A stretch of 64,000 bases of DNA from Deltaproteobacteria bacterium (GTDB lineage: Bacteria > Desulfobacterota > Binatia > UBA12015), in the NCBI GenBank assembly GCA_046583355.1, contig JAYGCM010000063.1, positions 1-64,000 on the forward strand. The letters run 5' to 3'. The notes beneath the pieces were generated by a model, which saw only the letters and a list, made by a program, of their open reading frames with translations, was not told where the DNA came from and made no database searches. A program made the translations under genes and the position numbers. Shown piece by piece: positions 19,624-29,912 of this stretch. Position 1 is the stretch's first letter. Every line of letters begins with the position of its first letter.

Positions 19624-20205
19624 TCAGGGAATCTGGAAGCCCAGCGTGGCGACAGCCGGGTTCGTGCCGATGCAGGGGTTGGCGGCGGGGAGAATCACCG
19701 CGGGAATCGCCGCATCCAGCAGCGTCTGGCACGCCGCCAGTTGCGTGGCGTCAATCTCGTGCACATTGATCGAATCGACCCGGATATTGCCCGGGCGAAT
19801 CGGCATTATGGCAAACAGACTCGCAGCGTCGAACTTTACCTTGGCGACTCCCTTTTTGACGTCGGTGGGGACAACCAGCTGTGTAGAAACGCCGACGTTG
19901 AGATAGCTCGTCGTAAGGACCAAGACCAGCTCGTCACCGCTCATGGAGGGGTTGGTCTTGTCCAGCATCGAAAGGTCGCTCGAGATCTTGCTATCAAGCT
20001 TGATCACGGCCTTGACCGATCCATTTTCATCAACCGACACCTTGCTCTTCGGCAATACGGCGGCCTCATCAAGGTTGATTTCGATCAAAACCCCGGTCGG
20101 GATCAGGTTGCCCTGCACCTTGGTCTTGGCCGAAGCGACTCCGGGCGACAGGACCAATGCGGCTACCAAGAGAGGCATTGCAAAGAGTTGGTGAGTAATG
20201 TGCAT
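19624..20205 (-). CDS. Hypothetical secreted protein
   Basis: AGGAG RBS, signal peptide ending VASA-K, two Cys near the C-terminus; no family recognised. Confidence 0.7.
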   Translation of the reverse strand: MHITHQLFAMPLLVAALVLSPGVASAKTKVQGNLIPTGVLIEINLDEAAVLPKSKVSVDENGSVKAVIKLDSKISSDLSMLDKTNPSMSGDELVLVLTTSYLNVGVSTQLVVPTDVKKGVAKVKFDAASLFAIMPIRPGNIRVDSINVHEIDATQLAACQTLLDAAIPAVILPAANPCIGTNPAVATLGFQIP

Positions 20206-20417
20206 GGGGTGTTTCTCCTAACGCAGCCGTTTCCGGCCATTCGTGGCAGCCAAAACCGGCTGCTCATACAGCCATGCTCCCTGCGCGGAGCAGGGGTCAA
20301 TGACCTATCCGCGTTGGGGCGGGTTTCTGGCAGATTTCGTCAAGCTCTTGTGAATTCCCGCCAAGCGAGGGCCCTATGCGCGGTACTCAAGGCCTTCATC
20401 GATCGGATGAAAAGCTA

Positions 20418-20709
20418 TCACCGCCCCGGCTGACGACGGCTTCCGTCGGCCCGCGAGCTGATCAGTAACTCGAGGAGGCGCACCAGCGTCGCGCGGATCT
20501 TGTCCGTATTATCGCTGCGCGACGACCCTGCGAGAACACCGAGTTCCACACCCCGAGTCACCGAGAGAATCAGCCAGGCGTCCTCTTCTGCATTGCTCGA
20601 GCCAGCGCGCTCGCATCGCAACCGAAAGATCTCGAGAAGTTCCGCCTCCCAGCATGCGACCCGCTCGCCGAGGGAAGGCTCGCGGCGAATTTCGAGAATC
20701 AGCTTGCAA
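20418..20709 (-). pseudogene. TetR-family C-terminal domain remnant (no HTH, no start)
   Basis: KLILEIRREPSLGERVACWEAELLEIF...AGSSNAEEDAWLILSVTRGVEL resembles TetR C-domains; the upstream frame is antisense to the DUF3604 fragment. Confidence 0.5.
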
Positions 20710-21873
20710 ATGTCCTTTCTCGGACGCGCTGGCCTGGGCCTGTTATTGCGCGACCAGCGCACGCTCGACTTCGGCCGATTCCTCCAGGAGACCGAGTCGG
20801 TTCCGCTCTGCCCCAGCGGTGTTGCGGTGCGCGACCTGCCGGCTGATTGCCGCGAGATGACCGAGACTCCGGCCGAACTCTTCGCCAAGCTCGATGATTG
20901 GGGCCATGCGTCCATCGTGATTCCGCATGGCACGGCCTGGGGCAGCAGCGCTCCTCCAGGTGCCTTCTGGGATGCGCAAATCGCGACCGCGCAGGACGAT
21001 CCGCGGCGCCAGACCCTGGTCGAAATATATTCAGGGCATGGCAACTCCGAGGAGTACCGCGATTTCAATGATGTGATCCTCGAGCCCGACGGCAGCCTGA
21101 GCTGCCCCGAGGTAATTCCCGGCCGCCGCGGTTTCGTGCCCGGCTGCCAGCGCGCCGGGCAGATCATCGGCGAGCGCTGCCGCTTGGCCGGCATCGACGA
21201 CGCCGAATGTCAGGTGCGTATCGAAGACGCCAAACGCAATTACCTCGCCGCCGGCAAGGCGGGTTTTCGCACCGTACCCGGAGCCAGCGGCGAGGATTGG
21301 CTGAACGCCGGGCAATGCCAGGATTGCTTTCTCCCCGCCTACGATTACCGCCCGCGGATGTCCGCCCAATATATGCTGGTGCGGCAGAATTTCTCCGGCG
21401 CACAACCGGCCGGCCAGCGCTTCAGCTTCATCGGCTCAAGCGACGTCCATAGCGGGCGTCCGGGTACCGGCTACAAGGAGCTGAACCGCAGCCAGATGAC
21501 AGAATCTCGAGGCCTGCGTAAAGGAGCGCCCGCGTTCCTCGTGCCGACCCAGCCCGCACGGCCACGCTCGACCGCGCCCGACGAACTTCCCAGCATGCCG
21601 ATGTCGGAGAAAGATATCGAGCGTATCGGCGCCTTCCTCAGCACCGGTGGCCTGGTCGCCGTGCACGCCGCCGGCCGCGACCGCGATTCGATCTGGGGTG
21701 CGCTTGAGGCGCGCGAGGTATACGGCACCAGCGGGGAGCGCATGCTTTTGTGGTTCGACCTGCTCAACCCGCGCGAAGGTGGCATCCGGCCAATGGGCTC
21801 AGAGGTTTCACTGAGCGACGCACCACGCTTCCGCGTGCGGGCGGCCGTTATCCCTGCCTGTGCAAGTTCTTAA
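20710..21873 (+). pseudogene. DUF3604 (PHP-like) protein, internal fragment
   Basis: IPHG, VEIYSGHGNSE, FIGSSDVHSGRPG, GGLVAV, ALEAREVYGTSGER, PMGSEV; no signal peptide or N-terminal region; ends abruptly after RFRVRAA. Confidence 0.65.
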
Positions 21874-23588
21874 TTATTTCCCAGGATCAGCTTCATCAGT
21901 TCCGATTGATAAATTGACTTCGCCGGAACGGGGCTGCCGCCGCGCTGAAGATCAGCCTTGTCGAACTCGGCCAGCCCGTCGATGATGAAGGCGTGGCCGC
22001 GCGCGAGTTGCTGCACCATTGCGAAATCCACCGCGCCGAGATCGACGTCGGCCGTCGAGTGATAGAACATCCCCGTTTGCACCCACCCCGCCGAGATCGC
22101 ATCCAGGTCGTTATAGGGAGGGTGGAAAGCCGCCTCGTCCGCAGCCGGATCGACGTAGACGAAATCTCCCATCGCGATCGAGTAGTGATCGGCCGCCTGC
22201 CGGAAGAGATCAAGCAGCACGGGACTACGATTGGTCACCAGCAACATCAGCGGGTCCATTGCGTTGGATCGGACGAAAAACAGGGCCTCGTCCATCATCC
22301 GCATCATGCCCAGATGCTCCGGACGCAATACGAGGAGGAGGTGCTCCTCCATCTGCGTCCGATTCTTCTCGATGAAGGGAATTGTGCCCCCCACGCCGGG
22401 GACTTCGTGATCACCCTGAAACAAAAAAATCAGGCCATGCGCCCGCTCTTCCGCAGGTAGCGCGGCATAATGCCTGGCAAGCGAAAGGTTCAGAGCCACC
22501 GACGCGCCGTTATCGTGGATGCCGTAGAAATACCCATCCACGTGAGTCGGGATCACGATATATTCCCCGGATTGCCCCGGCAGAATGCCGTAGACGTTAC
22601 CGCTCATCCGCGCCTCGCCGGATTCCATCTCGCCCTGCACATCCAGACGCATGACAACCGGGTGCTCGGGAGTCGCTCGGTCCAGGAGTTTGCGCAGATA
22701 AAGACCTACGTCATCTCCGATGCCGATCCACGGGAGGGCCTTGCCAATCGCATCGCCACCACCCGGTGCACCCACCCGACCCGCGACCTGAGATGCGCGC
22801 GGCACCTCCCACCAGACCACAATCCCTGCAGGCTTGCCGTAGCGCCCCGTAGCCAGCCGGGAGTACGCAGTACGAGCACTATTGAGCAAGGCACCAGGGT
22901 TGCTGCGCCCGCGCAGCAGGACGATTTTGTCTTTCAGGTCCCGACCCTGCAATTCAGCAGGCGTGCCGTCGCCTACGTAAATCACCGGCCCTTCGATCCC
23001 ACCCTTCACCGTGGTCGCTGAGACAAAGGCCGTCACGGCCAGCGGGAATTCAAATACCTGTCCTTCCGCGAATCCGGGCGCAGCCGTGATCACCAATTCG
23101 TTGACCGTGGGGCGCCATTGCGGTGCCTGTGAGGGGAAGGGATCGTAGTGCACGTCGTCGATGCCGAAGGCGTGCAATCGGCCCTCGATCCAGCGCAAAG
23201 CCTTGCGCTCGTATTTCGTACCCTGAATCCGGCCCCAGAGAATCTCGCCGTCGCGTCGCGATTCCACGGCAATTTCTTTCAACACCTCCGCATAGGCCGC
23301 CAACTCGACTGCCGAGATATCGCGGCGCGGGTCGTCCGCCTCGGGGAAGGCCTGGCGCAGAGGCGGAAGCCCAAGTGGCACCGAATGCGCCGCGACCGCC
23401 GCGTCGCGAACTTTTCGGTAGGCCCTTGGTGGCAAGAAGGATGCGTTTTCCAGCATTCTCACCAACTCCTCGGGCGAGTTGCTCAGACTCTGCTTGTCTT
23501 CGTTCCCGGCATATACCGGCCCGGCCGCGAAGAGAGTAAAGGCCAGAATAAGGGCATCGATACGCATTGCGGGCAGCCTTCGGCTCAT
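21870..23588 (-). CDS. Exported M28-like metallopeptidase with PA domain
   Basis: Signal peptide, GPVIYVGDG (PA domain), HVDG...DNGASVA, GDHE, EHLG, YHSTAD. Confidence 0.75.
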   Translation of the reverse strand: MSRRLPAMRIDALILAFTLFAAGPVYAGNEDKQSLSNSPEELVRMLENASFLPPRAYRKVRDAAVAAHSVPLGLPPLRQAFPEADDPRRDISAVELAAYAEVLKEIAVESRRDGEILWGRIQGTKYERKALRWIEGRLHAFGIDDVHYDPFPSQAPQWRPTVNELVITAAPGFAEGQVFEFPLAVTAFVSATTVKGGIEGPVIYVGDGTPAELQGRDLKDKIVLLRGRSNPGALLNSARTAYSRLATGRYGKPAGIVVWWEVPRASQVAGRVGAPGGGDAIGKALPWIGIGDDVGLYLRKLLDRATPEHPVVMRLDVQGEMESGEARMSGNVYGILPGQSGEYIVIPTHVDGYFYGIHDNGASVALNLSLARHYAALPAEERAHGLIFLFQGDHEVPGVGGTIPFIEKNRTQMEEHLLLVLRPEHLGMMRMMDEALFFVRSNAMDPLMLLVTNRSPVLLDLFRQAADHYSIAMGDFVYVDPAADEAAFHPPYNDLDAISAGWVQTGMFYHSTADVDLGAVDFAMVQQLARGHAFIIDGLAEFDKADLQRGGSPVPAKSIYQSELMKLILGNN

Positions 23589-25345
23589 CGGTTATTCTCC
23601 TTGCTGCGGTCCCAAAGCATGGCGCCTCCAACCCAGGTCTCCTCGACCTGAATCGAATGCAATGCCGCCGTGGGAACCTCAAGCGGGTTTTCTGACAAGA
23701 CCACGAAGTCAGCGAATTTCCCAACCTCGATGCTGCCGGTATTCGCCTCCTCATGAACCTGCCAGGCCGGCGTCTGGGTCATCGCGCGCAGAGCGTCCTG
23801 AACCGAGATGGCCTGATCACCTGCGATCCGCTCACCCTCCTTGCTGCGCCGGGTGACGGCCGTCTGGATCATCGCCATCGGTGTCGAGGAAAACATCGGG
23901 TGATCCGAATGCAGGCTCGCGCTGGCCCCGGCGCGCATGGCCGATCCGATCGGCAACAGGCGTCGCGTGCGCTCCGCGCCAAGGATCTGGTCGCGAAGAA
24001 CCCGGCCATAATACGAAATATGTTGAATATGGAAACTGGTGCCAAAACCCGCCTTGGCGACACGCCCAAAGAGTTCGGGCTCGGCCAGCATCAGATGCTC
24101 GAAGCGGTGTCGTCGATCGTCGGCGCCCTCGCTACCGGCGACACCCTCCAATACCTGCAACGATTCGCGCAAAGCGCGGTCGCCCTGCGTATGGACAGCA
24201 ATCTGCCAGCCGGCCTGATGCGCCTTCTGCATCGCCGCCCGCAGCCCCTCGGCTGTCCAATTCGCATGGCCTCGTTCGCCCGACGCGATGCCGAGCGCAT
24301 CGCGGGTATAGGCGTTGTCTTCGTAGGGCTGCTCCAGCAGCATGCTCCCGCTATAGGGAGAGCCGTCATACCATATTTTAAGGCCCTTGATGCGAAAATA
24401 GGGATGCCCATCACCGGGCGACAACTCCGCCAACTGGTCGCGCGCGTACCAGGTCAGGAATACATTGTGGCGAATCCCCGGCTCGGCCGCGGTGAAATTG
24501 CGATAGATCTCCAGCACCTCCGGCGTCGGCACCATGATCCCCATCGCCGTAACCGAGGTCAGACCCATGCGGGCGTAGCTGCGAAAGACTTGGCGCAAGG
24601 CCTGACGCCAGGCCTTGGGGGTTTGCGGCATGCCGAATTTTTGCTGGACTGGGAAAAAGGCGGGCTGCTCCACCAGCCGCCCGGTCAACGCTCCGGCTTG
24701 GTCGCGCTCGTACCACGAGCCATGCCCCGGATCAGGCGTATCTCGGCTGATTCCAGCGGCCGCCAGCGCGCGGCTATTGAGGTAGGCTTGGTGCCCGCCC
24801 TGAGGCGTAATGAAAAGAGGGTTGTCCGGAGCAATTTCATCGAGGCGCGCCAGAGTCGGCGCGTCCAGTCCCTCGACCAGGATCGGATCCCAGCCATAAA
24901 CGAAAACCCATTCTCCCGGCGCGTATTTCCCCACTGCCTGCTCCAAGGCCCGCCAGACACCTTCGGGTGTGGTCGCGTCGGCATCGCCGAGATTCTCCCA
25001 GCCCGCAGCAACCGCGGCCAGGACCGGATGAACGTGGGCATTATGGAAGCCGGGCAGAAGAGCGCGACCAGCCAGATCCACCAAGCGCGTCCCGGTAGCT
25101 CGGTGCTTCATCACCGCCCCGCGATCTCCGACGGCAAGAATTCGACCATCAGCAATCGCCACGGCTTCGGCGGCAGCCGTCGCCTTCGCCATGGTCACGA
25201 CGGGGCCACCAAAAAAAATCACATCGGCCTTCGGCCGCGAACTCATGCAAGCCGACACGCTAAAAGAAACCAGGCCGAGGAGGGCGACTCGGCCCCACCG
25301 GGCTTGGCGCTGCGGCGGTCGTCGGAATCGAGACATAAGAGACAC
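23585..25345 (-). CDS. Amidohydrolase_3 (YtcJ-like) lipoprotein
   Basis: Lipobox SVSAC, PGFHNAHVH, KIWYDGS, AVHTQGD, RFEH, HSDHP, GSIEVGKFADFVVL. Confidence 0.88.
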   Translation of the reverse strand: MSLMSRFRRPPQRQARWGRVALLGLVSFSVSACMSSRPKADVIFFGGPVVTMAKATAAAEAVAIADGRILAVGDRGAVMKHRATGTRLVDLAGRALLPGFHNAHVHPVLAAVAAGWENLGDADATTPEGVWRALEQAVGKYAPGEWVFVYGWDPILVEGLDAPTLARLDEIAPDNPLFITPQGGHQAYLNSRALAAAGISRDTPDPGHGSWYERDQAGALTGRLVEQPAFFPVQQKFGMPQTPKAWRQALRQVFRSYARMGLTSVTAMGIMVPTPEVLEIYRNFTAAEPGIRHNVFLTWYARDQLAELSPGDGHPYFRIKGLKIWYDGSPYSGSMLLEQPYEDNAYTRDALGIASGERGHANWTAEGLRAAMQKAHQAGWQIAVHTQGDRALRESLQVLEGVAGSEGADDRRHRFEHLMLAEPELFGRVAKAGFGTSFHIQHISYYGRVLRDQILGAERTRRLLPIGSAMRAGASASLHSDHPMFSSTPMAMIQTAVTRRSKEGERIAGDQAISVQDALRAMTQTPAWQVHEEANTGSIEVGKFADFVVLSENPLEVPTAALHSIQVEETWVGGAMLWDRSKENNR

Positions 25346-25403
25346 CCGAATCGACTATCAAACTCCTGCGCCGAGGGGCACCCGAATCTGCGTGGCGGCG
25401 GCG

Positions 25404-26405
25404 CTACCTCTGGCGGCGGGCGGGCGGCATCAGACCCTTGGGAAAATGGGCGCGGTAGGGGGCTTCGAGAGCTGCTATTTCTTCGGCGCTGAGCTGAATG
25501 TCGACGGCGGCGATGGCGTCGTCGAGGTGCGCCATTTTCGTTGCGCCGATGATCGGGGCGGCGACCACGTCGCGCGAGAGCAGCCATGCGAGGGCGATCT
25601 GGGCGGGCGCCAGGCCGCGGGAAGCGGCTACTTTTTTCACCGCCTCGACGACATCCCAATCGGAGGGGTCGTCGTATAGATATTTGTCCAGGCCGTCGGT
25701 TGCCGAGCGCTTGGTCGAGTCGTCACCGAGTTGCTTGCGGGTGCCGGCGAGCATGCCGCGGGCCAGCGGCGACCAGGGAATGCAGCGCACGCCTTCGGTC
25801 TCGCAAAGCGGAATCATCTCGCGCTCTTCTTCGCGGTAGACGAGGTTATAATGGTTCTGCATCGTGACGAAGCGCGCCAGACCATTGGCATCCGAGAAGG
25901 CCAATGCCTTCATGAACTCCCAGGCGTAGAGCGAGCTCGCGCCGATGTAGCGCACCTTGCCCTGCTGGACGAGGGCATCGAGCGCCCGCATCGTCTCGCC
26001 AATCGAGGTATGCGGGTCGAGTCGGTGGATCTGGAAGAGGTCGATCGTCTCCACGCCGAGACGGCGCAGGCTCGCCTCGCAGCTCTGCTGGATATGCTTG
26101 CGCGAGAGCCCACCCATATTGGGTTTGTCGCTCATCGGCATGAAGACCTTGGTGGCGATCACGGTCTCGTCGAGGTTTGCGTATTCGCGCAGCCATTTGC
26201 CCGTTACCTCTTCGCTCACACCAAGCGAGTACATATTCGCGGTGTCGAAGAAGTTGATTCCGGCCTCAACGGCGCGGCGAAAAAACGGGCCTGACTCGGC
26301 CTCTGGCAATACCCAGGGCCGCCACTCGGGTGAGCCATAGCTCATACATCCCAGAGCGATCCGAGAGACCTGCACACCTGTATCGCCGAGGTAGGTATAT
26401 TCCAT
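25404..26405 (-). CDS. Aldo/keto reductase
   Basis: LGCMSYG, FFDTANMYS, ATKV, IDLFQIHR, QNHYNL, WSPLARG. Confidence 0.95.
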   Translation of the reverse strand: MEYTYLGDTGVQVSRIALGCMSYGSPEWRPWVLPEAESGPFFRRAVEAGINFFDTANMYSLGVSEEVTGKWLREYANLDETVIATKVFMPMSDKPNMGGLSRKHIQQSCEASLRRLGVETIDLFQIHRLDPHTSIGETMRALDALVQQGKVRYIGASSLYAWEFMKALAFSDANGLARFVTMQNHYNLVYREEEREMIPLCETEGVRCIPWSPLARGMLAGTRKQLGDDSTKRSATDGLDKYLYDDPSDWDVVEAVKKVAASRGLAPAQIALAWLLSRDVVAAPIIGATKMAHLDDAIAAVDIQLSAEEIAALEAPYRAHFPKGLMPPARRQR

Positions 26406-26411
26406 CTTCGC

Positions 26412-27614
26412 TTAATAGAGGAGAGAGGAGCTGCGCTCCACTTCCCATTCCTGCTCATCGGCCAGCAGCATGCGCTCCAGATCACCCGGTTCGGCCGCCG
26501 CGTCATCGACCCAGGCGCGCAGCTTCGGTCCGCCGTTGATCACGTCGATCGCCAACCTGTCCTCGACGTATTCGTAGGCGAAGTCGCGCCAGAGTTGGTA
26601 GCCGGGATCGAGTTGGCGCAATGCCTTGAACGCGAGCGCCACCAAGCGGAAGGGGCGAAAGCGCGCGTGGTCGTAGGCCGGGCCGTCGACATGAATCTGC
26701 AACGCCGCACAAAGTGTCGAGGCATGTTTGTGAAAGGTCGGCTCGAAGAACGAAGGCCGCAAGCGACACCCCTCGAGCCACGCCGGGGCAAGCTGTTCCA
26801 TCCGAGCGAGCAGGCCGGGAGCGTCTATATCGGGCGCGCCGAGAACTTCGAGCGGCCGTGTCGTACCGCGCCCCTCCGAGAGCGTGGTGCCCTCCAGCAG
26901 AACCGTGCCGGGGTAGCAGCGCGCCATCGAGAGTGTCGGGGCATTCGGGCTCGGGTTGACCCATGCACGCTCAAAGACCGGCCAGCCGAAACCCGGCGCC
27001 TCTTCCGGACGCCACCCCTCGCAGGCCACCACCTGCAGGTCGACATCCAGCGCAAATTTGCGGACATACCAGCGTGCCAGCTCGCCCAATGTCATCCCGT
27101 GGCGCATCGGCATCGCGGCTGCCCCGACGAAACTCTCGAAGCCCTCCTCGAGCCGCAGGCCTTCTATGCCGCGCCCGGCCGGGTTGGGCCGGTCGAGCAC
27201 GATGATCGTCTTGCCGACGGCAGCACCGGCCTCGAGGATATAAAGCAATGTCGTAGCAAAAGTATAAATCCGGCAGCCGAGGTCCTGCAGGTCGACCAAG
27301 AGAACATCGAAACTATCGAGCATCGCCGCCGTTGGCCGCCGTGTCTCGCCGTAGAGGCTGAAGACCGGGATGCCGTGGCGCGGGTCGGCATAATCCGCCG
27401 TCTCGACCATATTGTCCTGCTTCTCGCCGCGCATGCCATGCTGCGGCCCGAGCGCGGCAACGAGATTGAATTCCGCAAGGCCCGCCAACGCATCGAGCGA
27501 ATGCTCCAGTTCCGCCGTCACCGAGGCCGGGTGACCCAATAAGGCAACGCGGCGGCCGCGACACGAAGCCCTAAGCGCCGACTCGGCAAGAAAACAATCG
27601 ATTCCGAAACGCAC
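26412..27614 (-). CDS. DUF1343 / NamZ-like exo-beta-N-acetylmuramidase
   Basis: GPQHGMRG, VFSLYG, DLQDLGCRIYTF, LDRPNP, MRHGMTLGE, PSPNAP, SEGRGTTRP. Confidence 0.88.
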   Translation of the reverse strand: MRFGIDCFLAESALRASCRGRRVALLGHPASVTAELEHSLDALAGLAEFNLVAALGPQHGMRGEKQDNMVETADYADPRHGIPVFSLYGETRRPTAAMLDSFDVLLVDLQDLGCRIYTFATTLLYILEAGAAVGKTIIVLDRPNPAGRGIEGLRLEEGFESFVGAAAMPMRHGMTLGELARWYVRKFALDVDLQVVACEGWRPEEAPGFGWPVFERAWVNPSPNAPTLSMARCYPGTVLLEGTTLSEGRGTTRPLEVLGAPDIDAPGLLARMEQLAPAWLEGCRLRPSFFEPTFHKHASTLCAALQIHVDGPAYDHARFRPFRLVALAFKALRQLDPGYQLWRDFAYEYVEDRLAIDVINGGPKLRAWVDDAAAEPGDLERMLLADEQEWEVERSSSLLY

Positions 27615-27689
27615 GGCGCGGACCCTTGCAGCTTGTCTCCGACTACGCAACGAACGTCTCGGCGCGGCCGCGCCAAAATGGCGCGGTGC

Positions 27690-28709
27690 TCAGGAAAAAT
27701 GCCACGAGTATCCTCCACCCGGACGCACGTCCCCGTCCCAGAGTTGGGCCTGAACGCCCTCGGCCTGTACCAACGCGCGGCCGGCCGACTCGTCCAGAAC
27801 GACCAGGGCCGTGCTGATGGCCTCGGCCGCGCTGCCGTCGTCGGCGACCACGATCGCAAAGCGAGCACTCGCGACCGGCGCGCCCGTGCGTGGGTCGATA
27901 ATATGCGAACGCTCCACGCCGTCCACCCTATGCATGCGACCAAGCGCCCCGGAGACCGAAAGCGCCTGGTCACGCAGCTCCACCACGGCCGCAAGCGCGC
28001 CATCACCACGGCGGATCTCGACCCGCCATGCGGAATCCCCCGGAGGTGCGCCGCGAGCCAGATAGCTGCTGCCGCCGAAATCCAGGAGCAAGGCGGCGCC
28101 GGCGGGTAAGGCCAGCTCGGCGACAATGCGCTCCAGCGCCCACCCCTTGCCGATCGCGCCAAGGTCGACTGACATCCCCTCACGCAGAAGCTCGGCGCGG
28201 CCGTCTGCGTACACGCGCAGACCCAGGAATCCGGAACGTTGGCGCGCCAGCACGAGAGCCGACGGCGCCGGCGCCGCACCCAGGCGACCGGCCGCGCGCC
28301 AGAGTTCGAGTACCGGCCCGATCGTCGGGTCAAAGGCGCCACCGGTGCGCGCGGCCCAATCGCGGGCGTCACGCAGCGCGGCGTAAAGCTCGGGCGCGAC
28401 CACCTGCGGGCCGTGGCCGGCCGCGGCATTGAAACGCAGCATCGGACCCTCCGCTGCCCAGGTTGTGAGTAAAGCGTCCAGTTGCGCAACCCGCACGAAA
28501 ATCTGGCGGGCCAGAGTCTCGGCCGCCGGCCCGGCGCCGCAGAGAGTCACCTGGAGGAGGCTGCCCATCGATGGCCGCGCGTCGCGGTAACAGGCCGCGC
28601 CCGCACCAGGTTCTACTCGGATACTGCGGGGCGAGAGGCAGGCTGCGGCCAAAGCGGACACAAGACAAAGCCCGACCAGGCGGGCCGTGGGGGCCCGGCC
28701 CAAGAGCAC
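27690..28709 (-). CDS. apbE: FAD:protein FMN transferase (lipoprotein)
   Basis: Lipobox LAAAC, MGSLLQVT, GAFDPTIGP, DLGAIGKGW, HIIDPRTG, AEAISTAL; GTG start is approximate. Confidence 0.92.
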   Translation of the reverse strand: MLLGRAPTARLVGLCLVSALAAACLSPRSIRVEPGAGAACYRDARPSMGSLLQVTLCGAGPAAETLARQIFVRVAQLDALLTTWAAEGPMLRFNAAAGHGPQVVAPELYAALRDARDWAARTGGAFDPTIGPVLELWRAAGRLGAAPAPSALVLARQRSGFLGLRVYADGRAELLREGMSVDLGAIGKGWALERIVAELALPAGAALLLDFGGSSYLARGAPPGDSAWRVEIRRGDGALAAVVELRDQALSVSGALGRMHRVDGVERSHIIDPRTGAPVASARFAIVVADDGSAAEAISTALVVLDESAGRALVQAEGVQAQLWDGDVRPGGGYSWHFS

Positions 28710-28752
28710 GCCTGCATGCGGACGCCGCTTCTGGCGGGCCGCCGGCGCGGCC

Positions 28753-29286
28753 TCAGATATCCTCGTCGTCGCCCTCGTCGTCGTCCTCTTGCATCCCGGT
28801 ATAGGCGCCATTGGAGCCGCCAAAAATACTCCAGAAGCAGGTGAGAATCAGCACCAAAAGCGTCGCCTGCAAAAGCACGAAGCCGCCGATTTTCACCCAG
28901 GCAAAATAGGGCGAGACGAAACGCACCAGCCAGCCGCCGGCCTCATCCATCAAGGCGCCACCAAAGGGCAGCACGATCAACCAGAATTTGAAGGCAGGCT
29001 GCAGCGGCACGAAGAGCATGAGATGGGTGAGCGTCATCAGCAGCTTGCCCATCGCGAAGAGGTGAAAATGCGCCACCTCGATCATGCCGCGGAAGCTGCG
29101 TGGCTGCTGGAAGAGTTCTTCGTTGCCGAGGTAATAGCCCGTGACAGAAGACGGCGTGAGCGACATCCGGGAGAGGAACATGAAGAAATTGCTCAGCCAG
29201 AAAAGCGTCGTGAAGATCAGGAAACAAAGCACGACAGCGTGCAGGAGACGGTTGCGGGACCACTCGCCCGTGACGACAAAACGCAT
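28753..29286 (-). CDS. Unknown membrane protein, about 4 TM, with HxH...H motif and acidic tail
   Basis: Hydrophobic helices, EVAHFHLF...LTHL, C-terminus EDDDEGDDED; tightly spaced within the operon. Confidence 0.8.
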   Translation of the reverse strand: MRFVVTGEWSRNRLLHAVVLCFLIFTTLFWLSNFFMFLSRMSLTPSSVTGYYLGNEELFQQPRSFRGMIEVAHFHLFAMGKLLMTLTHLMLFVPLQPAFKFWLIVLPFGGALMDEAGGWLVRFVSPYFAWVKIGGFVLLQATLLVLILTCFWSIFGGSNGAYTGMQEDDDEGDDEDI

Positions 29287-29291
29287 GATTC

Positions 29292-29912
29292 TCAGTCCTT
29301 ATCGGGATTGCCGTCGATCAGCACACGGTGCAGCGCCAGCGTCTTGCGCACGCCCTTGGTGACGGCATGTGCCGTAAGCGTCGCACCGCCAATGCCGTGG
29401 ATCTCGCGACGTACACGGAGATCCGCGTCGAGTTCCTGGCCGGGAAATTGTGCGAGCCAACGCTCCGAGGCCATATAGTCCCGCGGCTCGTAGAAGGCCG
29501 CCATCAACACGCGCTCGACCTTGCCGTCGGGGCTCACGCGGATGAACAAGGTCTCGGGCTGCGTGCGCACGATATGGGTCTCAAAAAACGCATAGCCCAG
29601 CACGGCGCCGGCCTTCTTGCCGATATGCAGGGTGACCAGCCTGTCCTCGAGCCGGGCGCCGGAGAGCTTCGTTACCTCGGCGGCCTGCTCCTCGGTGAGA
29701 AAAAAACGCTGCTTCTCGATTGTGTCGGCGGCCGGGAAGATTTCGGCGAGCCCGTCCTTGCGCCCATAGAAGGCACCGGGAAAAGCGGGCGCGGCGGCCA
29801 GCAATAGCGCGCAAAAAGCGACGCCGAGAGTGCGCAGCGGGCGGCGCGCAAAGATGCCACGCCGCCCGCCTTGAGCACCCTTAGAAAATGAAGCCGATTC
29901 CGAAATTGACAT
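29292..29912 (-). CDS. Exported FMN-binding domain protein (ApbE substrate candidate)
   Basis: Signal-like LLAAAPA, FYEPRDY, WLAQFPG, IHGIGGATLTAHAV; start uncertain (in-frame ATG 29912 overlaps the porin end). Confidence 0.8.
   Translation of the reverse strand: MSISESASFSKGAQGGRRGIFARRPLRTLGVAFCALLLAAAPAFPGAFYGRKDGLAEIFPAADTIEKQRFFLTEEQAAEVTKLSGARLEDRLVTLHIGKKAGAVLGYAFFETHIVRTQPETLFIRVSPDGKVERVLMAAFYEPRDYMASERWLAQFPGQELDADLRVRREIHGIGGATLTAHAVTKGVRKTLALHRVLIDGNPDKD

Noticed and set aside
20703..21866. CTTGCA / TGCAAG inverted hexamers flanking the DUF3604 fragment as invertible-element ends
   Set aside because: Only 6 bp, expected by chance, and no recombinase is nearby.
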